This document shows positions 1 to 7,005 of a DNA stretch of 10,047 nucleotides, in pieces. The stretch is from an uncultured archaeon (GTDB taxonomy: Archaea; Asgardarchaeota; Jordiarchaeia; Jordiarchaeales; Jordiarchaeaceae). How positions within the stretch are numbered: position 1 is the first letter of the stretch; each line of letters begins with the position of its first letter. Position numbers and translations under genes: made by a program. The notes under the pieces were generated by a model. The model had not been told where the DNA came from. It ran no database searches and saw only the letters and a program-made list of their open reading frames with translations. The stretch is from NCBI GenBank assembly GCA_964510585.1, contig CAZECW010000040.1, forward strand, positions 1-10,047, written 5' to 3'.

Positions 1-5
1 CCTGT

Positions 6-491
6 TTGGTGGGTGCGGTTGATAAATATCCTACTCAGGAAGTCATCACCTATGGTGTACTTAAGGGGGAAAGCTTGGTTGCTGGTGCTACTGGAGTAAT
101 TGGCAAAAGGGTTTTACTAACATCTGCGAAGCATTTGCTTAATGATTTAGGTGTAACAGCGCATTTGAAAAAAGAGGCGAATAATCTATTCGATGTATTA
201 TCAAAGTACAAGAGCTTGATGGTAGCTATAGGATACGCAAAAGACTCAGACATCTCCCTTAAAGATTTGGGTGAAGATGGAGTTGAAGTAACGCTGAGCG
301 GTGATTGCACCTATCTAGACACCTGTCTTGACATGAAGAAGGAAGGCATCTACAACGTGTTCGGTCAAGTCTTTTGTACTAGGATGTTCGCCTTCGTCGG
401 TGTGGCAGAAAACGTTCTGGGAAACCGTGTAGACATTAAAATCTTAGAATATAATCCTCCCAACTGCAAAGCCAGAATATTTGAAGTGTAG
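6..491 (+). CDS. Hypothetical protein, V4R-like small-ligand/metal-binding fold (possibly 5'-partial)
   Basis: 161-aa ORF whose frame is open to the window edge, so the start is uncertain. The C-terminal half has four Cys (DCTYLDTC, VFCTR, PNCKARI) in the C..C..C..C layout of V4R-type domains. The fold call is inference from pattern only. Confidence 0.6.
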   Translation: MVGAVDKYPTQEVITYGVLKGESLVAGATGVIGKRVLLTSAKHLLNDLGVTAHLKKEANNLFDVLSKYKSLMVAIGYAKDSDISLKDLGEDGVEVTLSGDCTYLDTCLDMKKEGIYNVFGQVFCTRMFAFVGVAENVLGNRVDIKILEYNPPNCKARIFEV

Positions 492-510
492 AATAGAACA
501 ACACAAGCAA

Positions 511-535
511 ACTTTCTCATTTCTTTTTTATTCTC
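511..535 (+). terminator. Putative archaeal oligo-T terminator
   Basis: Pyrimidine/T-rich tract (tttctcatttcttttttattctct) about 20 nt after the stop at 491, in the gap between convergent genes. Confidence 0.3.
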
Positions 536-576
536 TACAAAATAGTTGGCGAGAAGGCTCCCGACTTTTGTGAGTG

Positions 577-1383
577 TCAAAATAATGAGCATTCTTGAAG
601 CATTTTTTCCAGGAATTTTTTTGCAGCTATAGATGCTGGAGAATCGCTGGGTATGCTTATTAAGGTTTTTCCTCTTAAGCTGGCTTCTGCAATGTTCTGA
701 TCGTGGGGAATTATCCCCGCATAATTTACTCCAATTTTTTTAGAAAACTGGTAGAGTTCCTGCTCCCACGTAGAGTCTAATCTATTTCCCAAGAGGAAAA
801 TCTCACTGAAGGATAAGTTAACTTCGTCAGCTAACTCTTTGATGCGACGTGAGGTTGCTAGCCCCATTCTGGACTGCTCAGTCACAATCAAAAGAATATC
901 GGAGAATTTATTGGTTCCTCGGCTGAGATGTTCAAATCCGGCATAGAAATCGATGAGGATGAAATCGTACCATTTTGTTAGAGATTCAATTATCCCTGCG
1001 GCGAAACTATCTAGGTCACAGTAGCAGCCCTCCCCCCTCTTCCACCCCACAACGAGCATATCAAAACCATTCTGCTCAATGATGCTTTCCCAGATTTCCG
1101 CTTCCATAAGTTTGCCGTAACCACTGGTTCCAGAATCCAACTCTTCCTTTTTTCTGTCTAGTATCATTCCTAGTGTGGTTTTTCCTTCCATCTCAATGCC
1201 CAGAGCAACACCCAAATTCATGGCGGGATCAGCGTCTATCACAAGGATATCTCCTAAACTCTTTTCTGTCAAGGCTTTGAGTAGCAGGGCGGTGATGGTT
1301 GTTTTCCCAGCTCCCCCCTTACCACAGACAGAAATTGTGAGCCCTTTTCTAAAGGTCATTAATCTCCCACTCATGTCTTTCAT
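577..1383 (-). CDS. cooC: CooC/AcsF-family Ni-insertion ATPase (MinD/SIMIBI class; CO dehydrogenase maturation factor-like)
   Basis: Deviant Walker A GKGGAGKTT, DADPAMNL, metal-binding GEGCYC (CxC) and D..AG.EHLSRG are all CooC hallmarks. The start overlaps the upstream stop (ATGA at 1380-1383). Confidence 0.85.
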   Translation of the reverse strand: MKDMSGRLMTFRKGLTISVCGKGGAGKTTITALLLKALTEKSLGDILVIDADPAMNLGVALGIEMEGKTTLGMILDRKKEELDSGTSGYGKLMEAEIWESIIEQNGFDMLVVGWKRGEGCYCDLDSFAAGIIESLTKWYDFILIDFYAGFEHLSRGTNKFSDILLIVTEQSRMGLATSRRIKELADEVNLSFSEIFLLGNRLDSTWEQELYQFSKKIGVNYAGIIPHDQNIAEASLRGKTLISIPSDSPASIAAKKFLEKMLQECSLF

Positions 1384-2069
1384 ACGCTGTCTATTGACCT
1401 GTAGAGGAGGTTCTCTTTAATTATGACTTCGCAAAGATTTGCGTAGACTTTCAAGTTAGTTACCTCTTTCACCTCGGGGGGAAGTAGCTCTTTGAACAAT
1501 CCCACCCTCTCATAAAATACTAGAATACCTGTGCCCTTCTTAGAGCATAAATCTATAAATTCTTCGTCCACGGGGTAAGGAAACACATAGTACATTTTAT
1601 TGTAACAGCCATCCAAACCGCTTAGCTCCTCTAAAGATTCCATGCACTTCCTGTATCTGCAATGTGCCATCACACAATCCTTGGAGGGAATCCTGTAATC
1701 TTTAGCCTTCCAAAAAATTTTTCCGTCTTCCTCCTTTTTTTCTACCCATCCATCTCTAACTATATCCTCCAAGGCAGAACTAACAAATAGAGCACTGGAA
1801 CCTGTCTCAGACGCAATGTCTTCAGTTGTTCTCCACCCCCCACCTATTAAAGTGTAAAGGATGCCTGAAGGGACAAAATGTGTGCTTTTAATCCTCTTTT
1901 TCAAATCAGACAAACGAGGCATAATGCAGACTATATCCACAGTCTTCCCCAGTATTTCATAGTTTCTCCGAACAAAATAGCCTTGTGAGGAGAAATAAGA
2001 AGCAGTCGCAGCACACAGCGTTTTCTCACTTACAACACTTGACAAAGACCCCACCAAGAAATGGCACAT
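1380..2069 (-). CDS. Degenerate PD-(D/E)xK nuclease-fold protein with inserted winged helix-turn-helix
   Basis: SEKTL...YF...GYFV...VDIV matches motifs I/II. A central LYTL..GWRTTEDIASETG.S...VSSALEDIVRDGWVEK segment is wHTH-like. VMAHCRY...KMYYVFP...GTGILV sits where AxExK...YvvlP..GiGll is expected. An alternative TTG start at 2045 follows a GGTGG SD. Confidence 0.65.
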   Translation of the reverse strand: MCHFLVGSLSSVVSEKTLCAATASYFSSQGYFVRRNYEILGKTVDIVCIMPRLSDLKKRIKSTHFVPSGILYTLIGGGWRTTEDIASETGSSALFVSSALEDIVRDGWVEKKEEDGKIFWKAKDYRIPSKDCVMAHCRYRKCMESLEELSGLDGCYNKMYYVFPYPVDEEFIDLCSKKGTGILVFYERVGLFKELLPPEVKEVTNLKVYANLCEVIIKENLLYRSIDSV

Positions 2070-2088
2070 AAAATTAATTCTTCATGAT

Positions 2089-2352
2089 TTATTTTTCGGG
2101 TATAGAAATTGTGATGGCGTCCTTGGGGCAGACTTCGATACAGGATTTGCAAGAGGGATAAGTGCACATGACGCGGAAAGTTGAAACAATGGTCCAGTCT
2201 CTTGGAGGTTTTCCAGGCTCCGGAGTCTCTACTGGTCTATATGCTAAAACGCAGTAGGGGCAAGCCTTTATGCACTTCAAACATGCGGCTGGGTCTCCAC
2301 ACTTTTCCTTATTATAGTTTATTATTGGTCTTATGGTTACCAAAATCCTCAC
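2089..2352 (-). CDS. 2x[4Fe-4S] ferredoxin-like protein
   Basis: Motifs CGDPAACLKCIKACP and CTYPSCKSCIEVCP..AI. The GTG at 2352 forms a GTGA overlap with the upstream TGA (the ORF track uses 2355). Confidence 0.85.
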   Translation of the reverse strand: MRILVTIRPIINYNKEKCGDPAACLKCIKACPYCVLAYRPVETPEPGKPPRDWTIVSTFRVMCTYPSCKSCIEVCPKDAITISIPEK

Positions 2353-3233
2353 CACACATTTCTTAATTGGGGAATTTCTTCACGTGGTACAAGTTTTATG
2401 GCATCATTGGGGCAGGCGGTGCAACAGAGGCCGCAGCCCCAACACTGCATTTGATTTACGTGTACTTTGCTTGTGGTGGGAGAGAATTTTAGGGCTCCAA
2501 AAATACACCTTGTCTGACAACGAGGTGCACCACCACAACCGTTGCAATCTTCACTATTTACGAGAGCCACATACTCTCCTTTTTTGAATACTTCGTCTAC
2601 ATTGTAGTGGAATCTGGCTCTAATTGCAATGCAATATGGATAATCGCAGTTGCAAAGCATAGTTGGTACCGGTGCTGGGCACCAGAAAATTCCATGAATA
2701 TAACCTTCCCTGTCTAGTTCCCTCAAAATCTTTTTTGCCTCATTCTTGGAAACCATCTTGTTGGGCTTATCCCAAGAGCCGATATTTCTCTGTAGGGGTT
2801 CCGCCGCTGGTCTCAGAAACATGCAGCACATTTTTTCCCTTCCCCCGTAGTACTTCCGGCATATGCATGGAAGGATAAAAATGTCTCCCTCATTTAGATC
2901 AATTATTTTTTCCGCGTCTTCAAGCGGAACTACCTGTCCCGCAACTGCCTGCTCCATCATGGCGGGTATTTGTTCACGCATAACCCTCGCAGCTTCATCA
3001 TGTAAATCTGGAAAAACATCGTCCACCTTTTCACCTAAACCCACATCCACTTTGAACCGCTGTGCGGTAGTCATAATCTCCTGAATCGTACCCTTCAAGC
3101 CAAAAAGCTGCCCCAGCAAGGTGTCTTCCATTTTAACCTTGGTCGACTCACCACGTATTACCTCGTCACTGTAGTTCCTAGGATTTAAATACCACTTTTT
3201 TCCATCACCATACTTTATGCAATACTTACACAT
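2349..3233 (-). CDS. Multi-cluster Fe-S protein (4Fe-4S dicluster domain-containing), function unknown
   Basis: 18 Cys: N-terminal MCKYC..YGDGKKWYLN, central PCICR / CC / CNC...C, and a C-terminal ferredoxin pair CNGC.....C...C and CWGCGLC...CP. Confidence 0.85.
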   Translation of the reverse strand: MCKYCIKYGDGKKWYLNPRNYSDEVIRGESTKVKMEDTLLGQLFGLKGTIQEIMTTAQRFKVDVGLGEKVDDVFPDLHDEAARVMREQIPAMMEQAVAGQVVPLEDAEKIIDLNEGDIFILPCICRKYYGGREKMCCMFLRPAAEPLQRNIGSWDKPNKMVSKNEAKKILRELDREGYIHGIFWCPAPVPTMLCNCDYPYCIAIRARFHYNVDEVFKKGEYVALVNSEDCNGCGGAPRCQTRCIFGALKFSPTTSKVHVNQMQCWGCGLCCTACPNDAIKLVPREEIPQLRNVW

Positions 3234-3571
3234 ATTCTTCCTATCCCTATACCTGTTCTTAAAAATTAATCATATTATACATCAAATAACATTTATGTAT
3301 CTACATAATGGTTTCTAATTATAAATCTTATAATAAAATAGGGTAATAAAGCCCTATCAAGGCATATTGCTGATTTTTGAGGCTATTTAGGTCTTCAGAA
3401 TACTGGCAATTGTTCCGTCAAGTCCTAGAAGTACGCCTCCTTCTTGCTATTAAAGTTATTGTAGAGAATAATAATCATTTTTTAAATCTCTTCAGGAGTC
3501 AATTTTTAACCGCTTTATGTGTTCCCAATGCTTAATTATTGGATTAGGGTGGGATAATTGGTGGGATTACT

Positions 3572-3814
3572 ATGGTTGATGAAGCTGTAATTGACAGTAA
3601 GGGTAGAATTGTTATTCCAAAGCGGCTGCGTGAAATTTTAGATTTGAGAGAGGGGAACAAAGTGAAACTTTTAATTGGGGAGGGAAAAATAGTGGTGATG
3701 AAACCTGTGGCCCCCGAAGAATTTATACGTGAAATGGAGGGTTTTATCAAGGAAGGTTCCCCCATTCAAATGGTGAATTCTCTTAAACTCAAGGAGATAT
3801 GGGAGAAACAATAA
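3572..3814 (+). CDS. AbrB/MazE/SpoVT-family DNA-binding protein (VapB-type antitoxin)
   Basis: IDSKGRIVIPKRLREILDLREGNKV is the swapped-hairpin signature; 80 aa; GGTGG SD upstream. Confidence 0.85.
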   Translation: MVDEAVIDSKGRIVIPKRLREILDLREGNKVKLLIGEGKIVVMKPVAPEEFIREMEGFIKEGSPIQMVNSLKLKEIWEKQ

Positions 3815-3846
3815 TATATATTAATGCCGACTATTTGATCCATTAG
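3799..3846 (+). pseudogene. Truncated PIN/VapC toxin remnant
   Basis: AAGGAG SD (3791-3796), then ATG overlapping the antitoxin 3' end. Reads MGETIIYINADYLIH*, resembling the PIN first strand (hhhDxNhhI). No later PIN motifs are recognisable. Confidence 0.4.
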
Positions 3847-4001
3847 TTAAACCTAGCCATAACCGGTACAAATTTTAAATTAATACAGGCAATCTCAAAA
3901 ATCGCGATTAAAAAGGTGCACAATGAAAATCTTGTAGAGAAGTGTCCCTAGTTGAATCATGTAAAGCAAAATTGGGGACCTTTTTGTGATGGATGTAAAC
4001 A

Positions 4002-4442
4002 TTAAATACTGATTCCTAAGTCCTTTAAGCAATTTAGGGTGAGCTCTAAGATATTTTTTGCTTTTTGAAGTGCTTCTTCGGCCATTTCTTGAGTATAGTA
4101 TTCTTGGGGTATTATCCATTTTTCTTTGAAGCGGAATGGGTATCGTAAAATTTTTGGTATATCTGGTTCAATTTCGTGAAGTTTTATTGAGATTTCTTGG
4201 AGTCTCTCCTTTATTTTCTCGTCTGCGGTTTCTGCGGTTTTTCCAAGAATCATCCAGTTTACATGTTTCTTGCTTGTTCTTTTTCCAAGAGCAATGATTA
4301 GCGCAGAAGTCGCATTCTCGGCACTTAACGCACTGCACAGGAATGAGAGATGATATCTTTTCGCATGCAACCCGACCTCGGCATCAACCAATTGTTCTTC
4401 TGCATTTCTTATGAATGCCTTTATTTCCTCAGTTTCACCCAT
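4002..4442 (-). CDS. HEPN domain protein (toxin of an MNT-HEPN pair)
   Basis: Helical pattern A.E.L..AE......Y....F....SAENA..ALI..LG, an Rx4H-like RTSKKH, RYP, and a C-terminal YT.EMAEEAL..AK.IL. Overlaps the MNT gene by 22 nt. Confidence 0.85.
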   Translation of the reverse strand: MGETEEIKAFIRNAEEQLVDAEVGLHAKRYHLSFLCSALSAENATSALIIALGKRTSKKHVNWMILGKTAETADEKIKERLQEISIKLHEIEPDIPKILRYPFRFKEKWIIPQEYYTQEMAEEALQKAKNILELTLNCLKDLGISI

Positions 4443-5047
4443 ATTTCCTCATCCTTGTTGTAGCTCCAATCTTTGGAAATATCCTTCATGTAGACTTTTA
4501 GTAATGCGGCGATTCCCACAGAGTCGAAGAGAACTTCGTATCCCTCTAAGACGCCGAAAATTAGGGAGGATTTGAAGTGAAGCATACTAAGGAACTCTGT
4601 AAGAGTGATTGAAGTTATCTCAAGGACTACACCATACTTGATAGAAATTTTATATTCGTCATCGGATAGATCTAGAGGTTTTTCGGAGACAACGAGGAGA
4701 TCAATGTCGCTTTCCTCACTTGTTTTTCCCTTAGCTACGCTTCCATAAAGCAGAACACTTAAAACTTCGGGGTGTTTTTCAACGATTTCGCAAGCAGCTA
4801 TCCAAGCTATCTCCTTTAAAGAGCCCCCTAGAATGCTTCGTAACTTCTCATAGTTAGCCTGATAACCCTCGCTACTAAATTTTACCACGCCCAGTTGAAG
4901 AAGCTGCTTCAGTTTCACCGAGAGCCATCTTCCACTGAGACCCGTTTCTTTAACAAGCTCCGAGAAGGATTTCTCCCCCTCAGTTAAAGCACGAATAATT
5001 CTACCCTCCGGTGTGAGGGTGAATAGCCTCAGTCCTCTTTTTTTCAT
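4421..5047 (-). CDS. Minimal nucleotidyltransferase (MNT) with N-terminal wHTH
   Basis: LYGSVAKG....ESDIDLLVV is the GS-x10-DxD motif. The N-terminal IIRAL..GEKSFSELVKETGLS..WLS..LKQL...GVV is an ArsR/HxlR-like wHTH. Confidence 0.9.
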   Translation of the reverse strand: MKKRGLRLFTLTPEGRIIRALTEGEKSFSELVKETGLSGRWLSVKLKQLLQLGVVKFSSEGYQANYEKLRSILGGSLKEIAWIAACEIVEKHPEVLSVLLYGSVAKGKTSEESDIDLLVVSEKPLDLSDDEYKISIKYGVVLEITSITLTEFLSMLHFKSSLIFGVLEGYEVLFDSVGIAALLKVYMKDISKDWSYNKDEEIWVKLRK

Positions 5048-5069
5048 GGTACTAAATTATGAGACTAAA

Positions 5070-5109
5070 TTTTTAAACTTTACTAAGTACAAAAAATTTA
5101 CAAAGTAAA
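5070..5109 (-). promoter_or_regulatory. TATA box plus two tandem palindromic operators upstream of wHTH-MNT
   Basis: On the minus strand, TTTAAAAA (5077-5070) lies 23-30 nt upstream of the ATG, which is leaderless spacing. TTTAC-TAA-GTACA (5079-5091) and TTTAC-AAA-GTAAA (5097-5109) are 18 bp apart. Confidence 0.45.
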
Positions 5110-5274
5110 CTAATTTCTCCGATCCCCTCCACCACTTCTTTCACCTTCCGCGGCTAAAAGGCAAAATATAACGAGAAAAATTTCACATTATTTAAGGAAT
5201 AAATACATTTAAAATAGTGACAATTCAACCCTTATAAGCAACTTAACACTCTATAAGTTGGAGGAATCTTTAGT

Positions 5275-5808
5275 TTGAGGGTACTAGTTTCTTATCTCTC
5301 TCAGACCGGTAACACGGAAAAAATTGCTAGGGCAATTTATAATGAAGTTTCAAAAGGACATGAGGTGGATTTAAAGAAAATCGAGGATGTTAATGCGGAA
5401 ACTTTTAATCACTATGATCTAGTTTTTATTGGTGGCCCTTGCCAAATGGGAGATTTGGCAGATCCGGTCAAGAAAATTTTGGGTTCTCTTCCTAAATCGC
5501 CTAAATACAAAATTGCAGGATTCTATACACATGGTGCACCACCTGAGGAAAAAGAGGACTATACAAAATGTTTATCCACTTTCCAAAAGTGCTGTGCAGA
5601 AAAACAAATCGATTTTCTGGGATGCTTTGAATGTCAGGGCTTTCCCACACCCCAAATTCACCAAATTGTAACTGATTACCTGATAAGGAATAAGGGCTAT
5701 ACGGAGGAGCGAGTGAAACAAAGGTTTGAAAAAGCGAAGAATCGTCCCAACCTGGAAGATGAGAAAAATGCCAGAGCTTTTGCTCGAGAGATTCTATCCA
5801 AGTTTTAA
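5275..5808 (+). CDS. Flavodoxin-like protein (paralogue 1)
   Basis: FMN phosphate loop SQTGNTEKIA, YDLVFIG.P, FYTH and F.CQG; GGAGG SD with TTG start. Confidence 0.9.
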   Translation: MRVLVSYLSQTGNTEKIARAIYNEVSKGHEVDLKKIEDVNAETFNHYDLVFIGGPCQMGDLADPVKKILGSLPKSPKYKIAGFYTHGAPPEEKEDYTKCLSTFQKCCAEKQIDFLGCFECQGFPTPQIHQIVTDYLIRNKGYTEERVKQRFEKAKNRPNLEDEKNARAFAREILSKF

Positions 5809-5884
5809 ATTTTTTTAATATTAATTTTTATAAAAGTTTAAAAATAATTTTCTTTAAATAAATTTAGTTTGGAGGAAGCCTTAT

Positions 5885-6409
5885 TTGAAGATTTTAGTTA
5901 CCTATTTTAGCTTGAGTGGCAACACGGAAAAAATAGCCAAAGCAATTTATAATGAAGTCTCAAAAGAACACCAAGCGGACATAAAAAAGATAGACCAAAT
6001 CAAAGCTGATACTTTACAAAATTATGATCTTGTTTTTGTGGGAACACCCGCCCACGCCGGTGATTTATCAGGTCCAGTTAAGCAGGTCATGAATTCCCTT
6101 CCCAAATCACCAAAGTGTAAATTCGCGGGATTCTACACCCACATGGCTCCCACTTCGGATAAGGATGTACAGAGTGCACTCAGGGGAGCCTTCGAAAAAA
6201 TAGTCAAAGAGAAGGGCATAGCCTATATGGGAACCTTTAACTGTATGGGCAACCCCGACCCCAACATTGCAAAGATGGTAAAAGAAGCCCGCAAAATGTC
6301 TGATGAAGAGTTTAACGAATACATGAAGGAAGCGGTAAAACATCCAAGCCCCGAAGACGAGCGAAAAGCTCAAGAATTTGCAAAAGAGGTAATATCCAAA
6401 ATTAAGTAA
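5885..6409 (+). CDS. Flavodoxin-like protein (paralogue 2)
   Basis: SLSGNTEKIA, YDLVFVGTP, FYTH and FNCMG; GGAGG SD with TTG start. About 60% identical to paralogue 1 over the first 89 aa (manual count). Confidence 0.9.
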   Translation: MKILVTYFSLSGNTEKIAKAIYNEVSKEHQADIKKIDQIKADTLQNYDLVFVGTPAHAGDLSGPVKQVMNSLPKSPKCKFAGFYTHMAPTSDKDVQSALRGAFEKIVKEKGIAYMGTFNCMGNPDPNIAKMVKEARKMSDEEFNEYMKEAVKHPSPEDERKAQEFAKEVISKIK

Positions 6410-6474
6410 AATAAATGTGAATCAGAACCCCAAAAATACTAGTTGAAAAAAGGATGTTTGGGAGTGTGGGGAAA

Positions 6475-7005
6475 TTAGGCTCTGAATTTTTTCAGTGTCT
6501 CTCTCGCGAAAATTCGTGCTCGTTCTATTCGTGAAGCGTCTGGTTGACCCAAAGTCCTGTCACGCATCTCTCCAAAAGTACGCAGTTTGGGATCCTCCTG
6601 CTTCTTCAAAAAATTCGCAATTTGCTCACTAAGCTCACCCTGACAGTCAAAGAACCCTACCAAATTGGCTCCCGCCGCAGGCTCCTTACACCTAGCAAGC
6701 CACCCCTGGAATTCCTCAAAAGACAAACCATACCTATCAAAATCCTCCTTCCTATCAGGCGCAGCATGAGTTACAAAAAGGGCAATATTTTTTCCTTTAG
6801 CGTTTTTCTCCAAGAACTTTTTGGCTGGTGCAGCTGGTCCAAATGCGTTAATGGGAAATCCGATGAAAGCAAGGTCGTAGCCCTCAAGACTTTCAACCTC
6901 ATCCAACTTTTTGAGTTCCTTCTCCCCCTTGATTTCTCCAAAAATGGCTTCAGCAATCTTTTTGGTATTTCCAGTCTGAGTCCAATAAGCCACCAAAACC
7001 TTCAA
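6475..7005 (-). CDS. Flavodoxin-like protein (paralogue 3)
   Basis: TQTGNTKKIA, YDLAFIGFP, LFVTH and FDCQG; GGAGGT SD with TTG start; convergent with paralogue 2. Confidence 0.9.
   Translation of the reverse strand: MKVLVAYWTQTGNTKKIAEAIFGEIKGEKELKKLDEVESLEGYDLAFIGFPINAFGPAAPAKKFLEKNAKGKNIALFVTHAAPDRKEDFDRYGLSFEEFQGWLARCKEPAAGANLVGFFDCQGELSEQIANFLKKQEDPKLRTFGEMRDRTLGQPDASRIERARIFARETLKKFRA

Noticed and set aside
2349-2351. Selenocysteine readthrough fusing the Fe-S protein to the ferredoxin
   Set aside because: The TGA is not at a Cys-motif position and the next gene is in a different frame; this is an ordinary GTGA overlap.
3234-3571. Pseudogene or special element in the 338-bp divergent intergenic region (ATAGGG-N8-CCCTAT at 3338-3357; GGTGGGAT repeated at 3548 and 3560)
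   Set aside because: Only short open frames with no motif. The 6-bp palindrome is within chance and the repeat overlaps the SD, so a normal divergent promoter region is sufficient.
3799-4442. The toxin stub and the HEPN protein both begin MGET
   Set aside because: Identity stops after four codons and the genes are on opposite strands; treated as coincidence.
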